From Candidatus Nitrosopumilus koreensis AR1 (lineage in GTDB: Archaea; Thermoproteota; Nitrososphaeria; Nitrososphaerales; Nitrosopumilaceae): a DNA stretch of 32,000 nt. This document shows, one piece after another, positions 1 through 9,735 of this stretch. The stretch is from the NCBI RefSeq assembly GCF_000299365.1, contig NC_018655.1, positions 210,001 to 242,000 of the forward strand. The letters run 5' to 3'. Position numbers and translations under genes: made by a program. Position 1 is the stretch's first letter, and each line of letters begins with the position of its first letter. The notes under the pieces were generated by a model. That model was not told the DNA's origin, ran no database searches, and saw only the letters and a list, made by a program, of their open reading frames with translations.

Positions 1-269
1 TTCAAGGTACTATTACAAGAAAGATGGCGCCACGCCTAAGATTAGTTTATGATCAAATGCCAGAACCAAAGTACGTAATTGCTATGGGAGCTTGTGCAAT
101 TACTGGAGGATTGTATTTTGATTCATACAATGTACTTCCAGGAATTGACGGAGTGATTCCAGTTGATGTCTATGTTCCAGGTTGCCCACCTAGACCTGAG
201 ACTCTCATACAAGGATGTATTTTGTTGCAAGAGAAAATCAAGAGAATGAAGGCTAGGAAGTTTGTATAA
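1..269 (+). CDS. nuoB: NADH:quinone oxidoreductase subunit B (NuoB), C-terminal part; the 5' end lies upstream of the window
   Basis: Frame 3 is open from base 3 ([36 protein letters not shown]...[11 protein letters not shown]). This is typical NuoB/PSST sequence with the cluster-N2 Cys motifs. The stop overlaps the nuoC start (TAATG). Confidence 0.9.
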   Translation, partial: QGTITRKMAPRLRLVYDQMPEPKYVIAMGACAITGGLYFDSYNVLPGIDGVIPVDVYVPGCPPRPETLIQGCILLQEKIKRMKARKFV

Positions 270-874
270 TGAGTAGTAATCCTGAAAAACCAACAACAGA
301 GGCAAAACCTGAAGAGAAAACAACTCCTCCTAAACCGGCACCCAAACCCGCAGCAAAACCTGAAGAGAAACCAGTTGAACTTCCTGCCTTTGAAAAAGGA
401 ATTTTAGATAAACTAGTAGAAAAGTTTGGAGATAAAGTAGAAGTAGACTTTGTAAAAGAAGACCGAATTGGAATTAAAACAAGTAAAGACAATGTTCATG
501 ATGTAGCACAATTCATTCGTGATGATCTTCATTATGATCATGCAGAATCAGTTTCAGGCGTAGATTTCCCAGCAGACAATGAAATTGAAGTAGTTTACCA
601 TCTTGGTTCCTATACTGAATCATCCCTTGCAAAACAGATTCTTACATTATCGACAAGAGCTCCAAGAGAATCAAATCCAATCCCTGGACAAGATTCTACA
701 AAACTTCCAAGTCTTAGAGATGTATTTTACAGTGTAGAGTTTGGTGAACGAGAAGTTTTTGAAATGTTAGGTGTTTTCTTTGATGGTCATCCAGATAATA
801 GACGATTACTTTTGCCTGAAGATTGGGCAGACTTGCCACCACTTCGAAAGGACTTTGCAATAAAGGGTAGATAA
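269..874 (+). CDS. nuoC: NADH:quinone oxidoreductase subunit C (NuoC) with a ~40-aa Pro/Lys/Glu-rich N-terminal extension
   Basis: 201-aa ORF. The C-terminal part (ERExFEMxGxxFxGHPDxRRLLLPEDW) is the NuoC/30-kDa signature. It sits between nuoB and nuoD, and its ATG overlaps the nuoB stop. Confidence 0.9.
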   Translation: MSSNPEKPTTEAKPEEKTTPPKPAPKPAAKPEEKPVELPAFEKGILDKLVEKFGDKVEVDFVKEDRIGIKTSKDNVHDVAQFIRDDLHYDHAESVSGVDFPADNEIEVVYHLGSYTESSLAKQILTLSTRAPRESNPIPGQDSTKLPSLRDVFYSVEFGEREVFEMLGVFFDGHPDNRRLLLPEDWADLPPLRKDFAIKGR

Positions 875-876
875 CA

Positions 877-2013
877 ATGACTGACATAATGCCACCAGGA
901 TTAGCACTAAAGAAAGTAGATGAGAGAATCATGACTCTCAATGTTGGGCCACAACACCCAGGTTCTGGCCACATGAGAATTGTTGTTCAAATTGATGGTG
1001 ATTATATCGTTGCATGTGATCCAGATCCAGGATATGTGCATCGTGGAGAAGAGAAGATGGCTGAATATAGAAATTACATTACAAATGTTCCTCACTTAGA
1101 GAGACCTGTAATTCATGATTCATGTAATATTCTTTATCCTTATGTTTTAGGAGCTGAAGAAATACTTGGAATTGAAGTTCCAGAACGTGCAAAATACGTT
1201 AGAGTGATTTGTTCAGAACTAAACCGTTGTATCTATACCATGTACTGGCTTGCAATTTATGGAATTTTCTTAGGACATTCTACAATGTTCATGTGGCCTG
1301 CAGGTGACAGAGAACTCTTGATTGATCTTATGGAGAAAGTATCTGGTGCTAGAGTAACTCATGCACATTTCATTCCAGGTGGAGTGAGAAATGATTTGCC
1401 TGCAAACTTTGAAGATGTTTGTTTACGTCAAGTAAATTATTTTGAAAAACGTATCAAGGAATACGCTGCAGTGTTTTATGATAACCCTATTTTGATTTCC
1501 AGAACTAGGGACACTGGTGTATTATCACGTGAGAATGCTATTAGATATGGAACAACTGGTTCTGTACTTAGAGCAAGTGGTGTTGATTATGATCTAAGAG
1601 TAAAGGCACCTTATGATGTCTATGATGAATTAGACGTTCATACCAATGTGATGAAAGAAGGAGATTCTTATGCAAGATCTAAAGTTCCATGGCTTGATAT
1701 GATTGAAAGTTGTAATATTATTAGACAGGCATTACAAAAAATGCCAAAGTCTGGCTCTGTTCGTGCAAAACTAAAACCAAATCCCAAGACAAAAGGTCCT
1801 GCAACTGTCTACAAACGAGTGGAATCTGGTAGAGGTTCTCTTGGTTGTTATATTGTATCTGATGGTAAGCCTGAACCCTACAGAGTAAAAATGAGTGTTC
1901 CTTCATTTAGAAACTTACTTGCATTACCTAATCTTTTGATTGGAGAAAAACTAGGTAACATGCCATCTGTTTATTGGAGTCTTAATTATTGGCCAGTGGA
2001 GGCAGATAGGTAA
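877..2013 (+). CDS. nuoD: NADH:quinone oxidoreductase subunit D (NuoD)
   Basis: 378-aa ORF. LNVGPQHPGSGHMR near the N-terminus and a C-terminal PSFRNL...DR end are typical of the NuoD/49-kDa subunit. Confidence 0.95.
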   Translation: MTDIMPPGLALKKVDERIMTLNVGPQHPGSGHMRIVVQIDGDYIVACDPDPGYVHRGEEKMAEYRNYITNVPHLERPVIHDSCNILYPYVLGAEEILGIEVPERAKYVRVICSELNRCIYTMYWLAIYGIFLGHSTMFMWPAGDRELLIDLMEKVSGARVTHAHFIPGGVRNDLPANFEDVCLRQVNYFEKRIKEYAAVFYDNPILISRTRDTGVLSRENAIRYGTTGSVLRASGVDYDLRVKAPYDVYDELDVHTNVMKEGDSYARSKVPWLDMIESCNIIRQALQKMPKSGSVRAKLKPNPKTKGPATVYKRVESGRGSLGCYIVSDGKPEPYRVKMSVPSFRNLLALPNLLIGEKLGNMPSVYWSLNYWPVEADR

Positions 2014-3312
2014 ATGTCTGCTATAGCACCAAAATTCAAACTAAGTGAATTTATCAAATCTCTACTTGATAATCTATTTTGGATAGTCCTAATTTTTTCA
2101 CTAGTTGGTCTCCCTGCAGCATTTATTGTGTTATTCTTTATTGAAATGCCTGTAATTAATGGTGAATTACTTACACCATTCCTTGCATTAACATGGATAG
2201 CTGATCCATCACGTACCCTTCCAATTGTAAAAGCATTCATGGCAACTGACATGTTTAGAGTTATGGCATTTCCTGGATTTGGATTTGCTGCATTGATAGC
2301 TGCTGGAACAATTTTTGTTGAAAGAAAGATGCTTGCAAAATTACAATTAAGAGTAGGTCCTTTCTACTGTGGAAAAATTGAAGGTATTTTACAATTAATG
2401 GGCGATGGTCTAAAACTAATTTCTAAAGAGATTATTATTCCTGCAAAAGCTGACAAACCGATATTTTGGGCTGCTCCTGTAATCTTTGTTGCAACCGCTG
2501 CTGCGTTTGTAGCATTAATTCCTGTAGCCCCTGGATGGGTAGTTGCAGATGTGGACTTGGGATTACTCGGAGTTTTTGCAGTAATTGGATTTTTCCCAAT
2601 CATAACAATTCTTTCAGCATGGTCTGCAAACAGTAAATTCCCATTCATTGGAGGAATCAGAGCTTTATTCCAAATGGTTTCCTTTGAAATTCCATTAATC
2701 CTATCTTTGTTAGGAGTTGTTATTCTTACTGGAACTCTTAATTTGTCTGAAATTGCAGCAAGCCAATCTAGTTTTCCATGGATTATCTTTTTGCCAGTTG
2801 GTGCAATAGTCTTCTTTATCACAATGCTTGCAGAGTTAGAAAGAATTCCATTTGACTTACCAGAGGCAGAAAGTGAAATTGTTGCTGGTTGGTTAACGGA
2901 GTTCTCTGGAATGATGTATGGCCTAGTTCAACTAGGAACATATCTGAAACTTTACGCATTTGCAGGACTGTTTGTTGTTTTGTTCTTAGGTGGATGGAAT
3001 GGCCCAATGGTTGTTCCTCCATTCCCAGAAGAAATTCTTACTGATGGAATTGTACTGGGCCCAATCACTGCCAACATTCCAGGATTACCTCTATTTGATC
3101 AAGCAATGTTAAATGGAACTCTTTGGTTTGTTCTAAAAACAGTTGGTGTGATTTTCTTTATATTGTTGCCCAGAGGTGTCTTCCCAAGAATTAGAATTGA
3201 CATGTTGTTGAGTCTTGGTTGGACCAAATTGATTGGACTTGCATTCGTTAACATCTTTATTGCACTAGGCTTGCTTTACGCTGGAGTCTTGGGACCTGGA
3301 GGATTACAATAA
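2014..3312 (+). CDS. nuoH: NADH:quinone oxidoreductase subunit H (NuoH), longer than usual (432 aa) with an N-terminal membrane extension
   Basis: Polytopic membrane ORF. ERKMLAKLQLRVGP and AELERIPFDLPEAESEIVAGW are NuoH/ND1 hallmarks. The ATG directly follows the nuoD stop (TAAATG). Confidence 0.9.
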   Translation: MSAIAPKFKLSEFIKSLLDNLFWIVLIFSLVGLPAAFIVLFFIEMPVINGELLTPFLALTWIADPSRTLPIVKAFMATDMFRVMAFPGFGFAALIAAGTIFVERKMLAKLQLRVGPFYCGKIEGILQLMGDGLKLISKEIIIPAKADKPIFWAAPVIFVATAAAFVALIPVAPGWVVADVDLGLLGVFAVIGFFPIITILSAWSANSKFPFIGGIRALFQMVSFEIPLILSLLGVVILTGTLNLSEIAASQSSFPWIIFLPVGAIVFFITMLAELERIPFDLPEAESEIVAGWLTEFSGMMYGLVQLGTYLKLYAFAGLFVVLFLGGWNGPMVVPPFPEEILTDGIVLGPITANIPGLPLFDQAMLNGTLWFVLKTVGVIFFILLPRGVFPRIRIDMLLSLGWTKLIGLAFVNIFIALGLLYAGVLGPGGLQ

Positions 3313-3809
3313 TGGGAACTGCAACTGGAATTATCCGTGCATTAAATTCAGGAATAAAACACATCGCAATCAAACGATTTACACTTCGTTATCCTGAAGA
3401 GAAACTAAAGTTTGTAGGTGATGGTTATCAATTTGATCCTTCTACTGGTGTTGGTATTGCTGGACTAAAAGGTAGACATATGCTATTTCACGATCACTGT
3501 ACTGGATGTCAATTATGCTCAATTGCATGTGAGGGTGTTGCTGAAGCAATTGCAATGGTAAAAGTTCCTGAAGAACAAAAACAAAATAAAAAATCAATCA
3601 TGCCGCAAATTGATTATGGAAAATGTGTTTTCTGTGGTCTTTGTGTTGATGCATGTCCATTTTATGCATTATACATGACAAATGATTATGAATTATCTTC
3701 ATTCACTAAGGAGGGATTAATCTATACTCCTGCACAACTTGCAGTCAAACCCTATATTACACAAGACAGTGAAATCCAAATTACTGATAGAGGTGCAACA
3801 CATGGCTGA
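3312..3809 (+). CDS. nuoI: NADH:quinone oxidoreductase subunit I (NuoI), 2x[4Fe-4S] ferredoxin
   Basis: Two CxxCxxCxxxC(P) motifs are present (CTGCQLCSIAC; CVFCGLCVDACP). The start overlaps the nuoH stop (TAATG). Confidence 0.9.
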   Translation: MGTATGIIRALNSGIKHIAIKRFTLRYPEEKLKFVGDGYQFDPSTGVGIAGLKGRHMLFHDHCTGCQLCSIACEGVAEAIAMVKVPEEQKQNKKSIMPQIDYGKCVFCGLCVDACPFYALYMTNDYELSSFTKEGLIYTPAQLAVKPYITQDSEIQITDRGATHG

Positions 3810-4314
3810 TGCTGCATTTTTAGCACTTACTGTAATCACAATTGGTTCTGCAATTGCAGCCCTTGAATTAAGATCATTAATTTATGGTTCCATCGCATTG
3901 ATGGGAACACTTGGTGGTATTGCAGGATTCTTCTTTTTGTTAGATGCTCCATTTGTTGCATTATTCCAACTGGCAGTTTATGTTGGTTCTATTGCTGTCC
4001 TGATTTTATTTACTGTTATGCTGGTAAAAAGAGAACTCATATTCAAAAAAATTGAAGACAAAAGAAGAAAGTTTGCAGGAATTGGTTTGATGCTTGTAGT
4101 TATGGTTTCATTAGGTGCAGTTTTTCTAGATTCAGGAATTAAAACAATCACAACTGATGAACCTGCTGTTGATTTTAGAAATATTGGTACAGACTTTGTA
4201 ACATATTATTGGCCAGCATTAATTTTGATGGGATTAATTTTAGCTGGTTCTGTTACTGGTGCACTTGTATTAGCAAAACGAGAGGATGTGGAGAATGGCC
4301 AACGAACTAGTTGA
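3802..4314 (+). CDS. nuoJ: NADH:quinone oxidoreductase subunit J (NuoJ)
   Basis: Hydrophobic ORF in the nuoJ position. I prefer the ATG at 3802 (MADAAFLALTV...), which overlaps the nuoI stop as ATGGCTGA. The track start at 3739 lies 71 nt inside nuoI. Confidence 0.8.
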   Translation: MADAAFLALTVITIGSAIAALELRSLIYGSIALMGTLGGIAGFFFLLDAPFVALFQLAVYVGSIAVLILFTVMLVKRELIFKKIEDKRRKFAGIGLMLVVMVSLGAVFLDSGIKTITTDEPAVDFRNIGTDFVTYYWPALILMGLILAGSVTGALVLAKREDVENGQRTS

Positions 4315-4600
4315 TTTTACATTAGTATCTGTTGCCTTGTTGGGGATAGGCATCTATGGTCTTGCAGTTAAGCGCAATTTTATCAGAATGTTGTTTGCAG
4401 TTGAAATTATCATTAATGCTGCTAACCTTAATTTGGTTGCATTTGGTAGATTCTTGCCTCATAGCGGTGGCCAAACATTAGCATTATTCTCTATTGCAAT
4501 TGCAGCTGCTGAAGTAGCAGTTGGATTGTCATTAATTATTGTGGCATATCGTATGTATCAAAATGTCGATATTGCAGACTTTAGGAGTTTGAAGGGATAA
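4286..4600 (+). CDS. nuoK: NADH:quinone oxidoreductase subunit K (NuoK)
   Basis: ~100-aa protein with three TM helices. LFAVEIIINAANLNLVAF resembles the NuoK/ND4L core containing the conserved Glu. An alternative ATG lies at 4295. The ORF overlaps the nuoJ 3' end. Confidence 0.85.
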   Translation: MWRMANELVDFTLVSVALLGIGIYGLAVKRNFIRMLFAVEIIINAANLNLVAFGRFLPHSGGQTLALFSIAIAAAEVAVGLSLIIVAYRMYQNVDIADFRSLKG

Positions 4601-6153
4601 TGGAATATGCATTATTACAGGCAGTTTTCTTGCCATTACTGTTATCTCCAATAGCCTACATCCTAGGACGAAAGGTAGGCCCCACACCTGCTATGTGGTT
4701 TACATTTGGACTTTTACTTTATACCACAATTCTTGTAATCAATGCAGCATTATCTGGAACTGTAGAAGAACATTATCCATGGACAGAACAATTTGGTGAG
4801 TTTGGTTTCTTACTTGATGGTTTGGCATCACCATTTGCAATAATCATCTATGTACTATCAACAATCTTGGTGCTGTATTCAAAACCATACATGATTCACA
4901 AATTCCATGAACAATTTGAAGAAGAACAAAAAATCAACCCTTCTTCAAGTGGACAAAGTTCTATTGTTGAATCATCTTCTCTATCAAACTATGTAAATGC
5001 AAAATCTGGTCTTTACTTTGCACTTTATCTTGTATTTGCAATGGGAATGCTTGGAACAGTCCTTTCAACAAATCTGATAGAATTTTACATATTCTTTGAA
5101 GTTATGTTAATCCCTGGTTTCTTTTTAGTTGCACTCTGGGGTGATGGTCCAAGAAGAAAGATTGGTTTGATGTTCTTGTTTTGGACTCATGCTGGTGCAG
5201 TAGTGCTGTTATTGGGATTTTTGATGATAGGTTTGACTATTGGTAGTTTTGACTTTGCTGATATCAAAGAATCTGAAATTCCTCAAGATATTGTAATGAT
5301 TTCTGCAATTGCAATTGCAATAGGCCTTGGTGTCAAACTAGCAGTCTTTATGTTCCATGTTTGGCTACCCTATGTCCACGGTTCTGCACCTACTCCAATT
5401 AGTGCATTGCTGTCTCCTGCAATGATTGGAATTGGTGCATATGGTGTCTTTAGATTAATTGTTGAATTCTTACCTTCTACATTTGCCGAACTTTCAATTT
5501 GGTTCCACATTTGGGGACTTGTTACAATGATTTATGGTGGCGCTATGGCACTCATGCAAGATGACCTAAAACGTCTTCTTGCTTATTCTAGTATCAGCCA
5601 AATGGGTTATCTTTTGTTTGGTATTGGCTCGCTTTCTGTTCTTGGTCTATCTGGTGCAGAAATGATGTATGTAACTCACGGAATAGGAAAAGGTATTCTC
5701 TTCATGATGGCTGGTGTGATTATAGTTAAAGTTGGAACTCGAAGCATTTCAAAACTTGGTGGTTTAGCAGGAAAGATGCCAATAACTGCAACATGTGCAG
5801 TCATTGGAGCTTTAACTATCATGGGTGTTCCGCCAACTAGTGGATTTATGGGGGAATGGATTCTATTTTATGGTGCTTTAGAAACTGCAATTGAAGAAGG
5901 TTCAACATTAAGAGCTGTTACTTTTGGTTTGGGACTTGTTGCAACTGCACTTACAATGTCTTACATGCTTTGGATGCTAAAACGTGTGTTCTTTGGAAAA
6001 ACACCTGAACATCTTGAGAAAGTCAAAGAAGGTAGTTGGTATATGACCGCACCTATGATGCTTCTTGCAGGATTTTCAATCGTTGTTGGAATTTATCCAG
6101 ATATTTTCTTGAAGACAATCATACCTTTCATGAATGGAGTGTTAGGAGTATAG
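4600..6153 (+). CDS. nuoM: NADH:quinone oxidoreductase antiporter-like subunit M (NuoM)
   Basis: 517-aa polytopic ORF. HVWLPYVHGSAPTPISALLS fits the NuoM/ND4 motif. The start overlaps the nuoK stop (TAATG). Confidence 0.85.
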   Translation: MEYALLQAVFLPLLLSPIAYILGRKVGPTPAMWFTFGLLLYTTILVINAALSGTVEEHYPWTEQFGEFGFLLDGLASPFAIIIYVLSTILVLYSKPYMIHKFHEQFEEEQKINPSSSGQSSIVESSSLSNYVNAKSGLYFALYLVFAMGMLGTVLSTNLIEFYIFFEVMLIPGFFLVALWGDGPRRKIGLMFLFWTHAGAVVLLLGFLMIGLTIGSFDFADIKESEIPQDIVMISAIAIAIGLGVKLAVFMFHVWLPYVHGSAPTPISALLSPAMIGIGAYGVFRLIVEFLPSTFAELSIWFHIWGLVTMIYGGAMALMQDDLKRLLAYSSISQMGYLLFGIGSLSVLGLSGAEMMYVTHGIGKGILFMMAGVIIVKVGTRSISKLGGLAGKMPITATCAVIGALTIMGVPPTSGFMGEWILFYGALETAIEEGSTLRAVTFGLGLVATALTMSYMLWMLKRVFFGKTPEHLEKVKEGSWYMTAPMMLLAGFSIVVGIYPDIFLKTIIPFMNGVLGV

Positions 6154-6156
6154 AAT

Positions 6157-8238
6157 ATGGCAACTGAGGCAATTGGTATCCCATTTGAAGCAAGTTCTCT
6201 TAGTGCATGGCTTGTTTGGATTCTCCCATTTGCAGCTGCACTAATCATGCCAGGAATTGGAAAATTATCCAAGAACGCTACTGGCTATGTTGCAGTTGGC
6301 TTTGCATTGATGAGTGCTCTGTCTGCAGCTTCACTCTTACCAATGGCATTGGAAGGACATGAAATTCATAAACAGATTATGTGGATTGAAGCTATTGGTC
6401 TGAAAGGTGGTGTATTAGCTGATCCACTTTCAGTAATTATGGCAAATGTAGTTGGTTGGATTTCATTCTTGATTATGATTTACAGTACTGGTTACATGAA
6501 AGGGGATAAAGATATTACAAGATTCTGGTTCTGGATGATGTTCTTTATTGGTTCAATGCAATTAATTGTATTATCTGATAACTTACTCCAAGTCTTCTTT
6601 GGATGGGAAGGAGTAGGACTTGCGTCATATGCACTGATTAGCTTTTGGTATCGTGATAAAAAGAAAGATCATGTTGGTCAAGAAGGACGTACCGTTCTTG
6701 GTTTGTTAGATTATTATGCTCCAACACATGCTGGTATGAAGGCATTCATCATGACCAAAGTTGGTGATGTGATGATGATTGCTGGTATGCTTTTGATATT
6801 CTTGTTTGCTGGAACCTTTGGTTTCAAAGAACTCATGGGAGATCATGAATGGGCTATTGCTATGAATGCTCAAGGTCTTTTGGTTCCTGCTTTTGTGCTG
6901 TTATTTGGTGGTGCTGTGGGTAAATCAGCACAATTCCCATTAAATGAATGGCTACTTGAAGCAATGACTGGCCCTACTGCTGTTTCTGCATTAATTCACG
7001 CAGCAACAATGGTTAAGGCTGGTGTATTCTTGGTTGCAAGAATAGGACCAATTGTTTTTGCATTAGGTGCTGCAGGAATTATGGCAGATCAATTCTTTGA
7101 GATTGTTGCATGGGTTGGTGCAATAACTGCATTATTACTTGCAACACAAGGAATGGTTAATCCAGAAATTAAAAAAGTCCTTGCATATTCAACTGGTTCA
7201 CAGATTGGTTACATGATGATGGCATTAGGTGTTGCAGGATTATCTCATCAATATGTTGATGGTTATACTGCAGGCTTTTTCCACTTAATTTCTCACGCAA
7301 TGTTTAAAGCATCATTATTCATGGCAGCAGGTTCCTTGCTGCATATTGTTGGTTCTCGATTCATGACAGATATGGGTGGTCTGAGAAAACACATGAAAAA
7401 GACATATGCATTCATGTGGGCTGCAGGTCTTGGTTTAATGGGTGCGCCATTTATCACAACAGGCTTCTGGAGTAAGGATGCAATATTTGCGGCAGTTTAT
7501 ACATCTGGAAACGAATGGGCATTACCACTATATGCAATTGCAGTATTGACTGCAATAATTACAGCATTCTATACTACAAGAATGATTGGAATGGTCTTCT
7601 TTGGAAACAAGAGCAAACATATCCAAAAGATGGAAGAAGAAGGACATCATATCCATGAAGCCTCATTATCCATGTGGGTCCCATATGGAATTTTAGCAGT
7701 ACTCACAATAGGAATTGGTCTTATTGGATTATCCACTGAAGAAGGACTACATCACTTGTTTACTGATTATCTTGAACACTCATTTGGTATTCACACTGAA
7801 CATGCTGCATCAGAAGCATCATCAATACTGCCTGAATTCTTACAAGGATTAAACCCAGTTGCACTAGGTTCATCACTTGCAGCATTTTCAATTGGTATTG
7901 GATTAGGATACATATTCTATATTGGTAGATGGGTTGATCCTGTCAAATTTGTTAACTCTAACATTTTCTTTTACGCAATTCACAAAGTCATCTTAAGTAG
8001 ATGGTATCTTAACGCAATAGTCTATTGGTGTTTTGTTGTAGCACCATTATGGTTAGCAAGAGGTGTATACAGATACTTTGAAAAGACAGCTATCGATTAT
8101 GGTATGAACGATGGATTCCAAAAAGCAGTTGGATGGAGTGCTAAAGTCGTCCAAGGAACTCAAACTGGTGTTTCACAATCATACTTATTCGTATTTGGAG
8201 CGGGATTACTGTTCGTAGTTCTGATATTGTTGATGTAG
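6157..8238 (+). CDS. nuoL: NADH:quinone oxidoreductase antiporter-like subunit L (NuoL)
   Basis: At 693 aa this is the longest antiporter-like subunit. QFPLNEWLLEAMTGPTAVSALIHAATMVKAG is the NuoL/ND5 motif, and the long C-terminal part is consistent with the lateral helix. Confidence 0.9.
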   Translation: MATEAIGIPFEASSLSAWLVWILPFAAALIMPGIGKLSKNATGYVAVGFALMSALSAASLLPMALEGHEIHKQIMWIEAIGLKGGVLADPLSVIMANVVGWISFLIMIYSTGYMKGDKDITRFWFWMMFFIGSMQLIVLSDNLLQVFFGWEGVGLASYALISFWYRDKKKDHVGQEGRTVLGLLDYYAPTHAGMKAFIMTKVGDVMMIAGMLLIFLFAGTFGFKELMGDHEWAIAMNAQGLLVPAFVLLFGGAVGKSAQFPLNEWLLEAMTGPTAVSALIHAATMVKAGVFLVARIGPIVFALGAAGIMADQFFEIVAWVGAITALLLATQGMVNPEIKKVLAYSTGSQIGYMMMALGVAGLSHQYVDGYTAGFFHLISHAMFKASLFMAAGSLLHIVGSRFMTDMGGLRKHMKKTYAFMWAAGLGLMGAPFITTGFWSKDAIFAAVYTSGNEWALPLYAIAVLTAIITAFYTTRMIGMVFFGNKSKHIQKMEEEGHHIHEASLSMWVPYGILAVLTIGIGLIGLSTEEGLHHLFTDYLEHSFGIHTEHAASEASSILPEFLQGLNPVALGSSLAAFSIGIGLGYIFYIGRWVDPVKFVNSNIFFYAIHKVILSRWYLNAIVYWCFVVAPLWLARGVYRYFEKTAIDYGMNDGFQKAVGWSAKVVQGTQTGVSQSYLFVFGAGLLFVVLILLM

Positions 8239-8250
8239 GAGAGATATGAG

Positions 8251-9735
8251 ATGTTAGAAATTACTTCCACTCCATTGGTATTAATTGCAATTTTGGGAAC
8301 TGTTGGTGTTATTCTCCCAATAATCAGTATTGCAAGAAAAGAAAAAGGCTCTAACTCATTTTATGCTGTCATTGCATTTGCAGCATTAATCGTATCTATG
8401 GCATACGTTGGATATGAATTCATTAACAATAATGTAGCAGCATCTGCTCTTTTCTCTGAGGATGTAGTTGCTGATGATGCATTTGGTGGATTCTTTGCAA
8501 TTGCAATGCTTATTGTTGCTTTGTTCACTACCGTTGGCTCCTTTAATTATATGAGAAAACATAATTCACCTGCTGTTTACTATTCACTAATCTTACTTGC
8601 AACAATTGGTATGATTCTAGTTGCATATTCTACTGATTTGATAATGTTGTTTGTTGCATGGGAACTCATGAGTATCCCAACTTACATCTTGGTTGGGTTC
8701 ATGAAAAAGAATCCAAGTTCAAATGAAGCAGCACTAAAATATTTCTTGTTTGGAGCATTATCTTCAGCCATAATTGTTTACGGAATTGCATTATCTTATG
8801 GCTTAACTGGTTCAACAAACATTGGAGAAGTCATTGAAGGTTATTCGACACTTGATCCTTCATTATTGCCACTTGCATTACTTTCAGTTGGAATGTTTAT
8901 TGCAGGATTTGGATTCAAGATGGGACTTGTTCCTTTCCATCAATGGCTTCCAGATACTTACGAAGGTGCCCCTTCACCAATAACTGCTCTTCTTGCAGCG
9001 GCAACCAAAAAAGCAGGATTTGCTGCAACTATTAGAATTGTAGTTCTTGGAATGGTTGTTCTTAATCTTGATTGGACTTTAGCTCTTGGTATTATTGCAA
9101 TAATGACGATGACTATTGGTAATGTTGCAGCTATAATGCAAAAGAGTCTTTCAAGAATGTTGGCATATTCTAGTATTGCACATGCTGGATACATTTTGAT
9201 TGGATTGGCAGTTGCACCATACAGTTCTCTTGGTTTACAAGGTTCTTTGTATCAAATCTTCAATCACGCCGTGATGAAAGGTGCTGCCTTTATTGCAATT
9301 GCAGGAATTGTGACAACTCTTGCTGTTACTCATATTGACAAACTGAAAGGTCTTGGAAGAAGAATGCCAATTACTGCTTTAGGCATGGTTATCTCATTAT
9401 TTGCTCTTGCTGGCGTGCCTCCACTTTCAGGATTTTGGAGTAAATTGATGTTATTTGGAAGTGCATTAGATGCTAGTTCTGCATTATGGTGGGCTCCATG
9501 GCTTGCAATAGCAGGAGTTCTTAACAGTGCATTATCACTTGCTTACTATGGTTGGATAACTAGAAAGATGTACTTTGAAGGAGAAACAGAAAAGAGAGTT
9601 TCAGAACCAAAATCAATTGTAGCAGTAATGATATTCTCAATCATCTTCTTAGTTGGATTTGGTGTATATCCAGAACCACTTCTTAAATTCGTAGAATTTG
9701 CAACACCAATAGTTAGTTTAGGACTTATGCCTTAA
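8251..9735 (+). CDS. nuoN: NADH:quinone oxidoreductase antiporter-like subunit N (NuoN)
   Basis: 494-aa polytopic ORF. PFHQWLPDTYEGAPSPITALL is the NuoN/ND2 motif. GGAG lies about 12 nt upstream of the ATG. Confidence 0.9.
   Translation: MLEITSTPLVLIAILGTVGVILPIISIARKEKGSNSFYAVIAFAALIVSMAYVGYEFINNNVAASALFSEDVVADDAFGGFFAIAMLIVALFTTVGSFNYMRKHNSPAVYYSLILLATIGMILVAYSTDLIMLFVAWELMSIPTYILVGFMKKNPSSNEAALKYFLFGALSSAIIVYGIALSYGLTGSTNIGEVIEGYSTLDPSLLPLALLSVGMFIAGFGFKMGLVPFHQWLPDTYEGAPSPITALLAAATKKAGFAATIRIVVLGMVVLNLDWTLALGIIAIMTMTIGNVAAIMQKSLSRMLAYSSIAHAGYILIGLAVAPYSSLGLQGSLYQIFNHAVMKGAAFIAIAGIVTTLAVTHIDKLKGLGRRMPITALGMVISLFALAGVPPLSGFWSKLMLFGSALDASSALWWAPWLAIAGVLNSALSLAYYGWITRKMYFEGETEKRVSEPKSIVAVMIFSIIFLVGFGVYPEPLLKFVEFATPIVSLGLMP

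Noticed and set aside
3739-3801. Upstream start for nuoJ at 3739
   Set aside because: It would overlap nuoI by 71 nt with a non-hydrophobic leader. ATG 3802 gives the usual 8-nt ATGGCTGA overlap and starts directly with the first TM helix.
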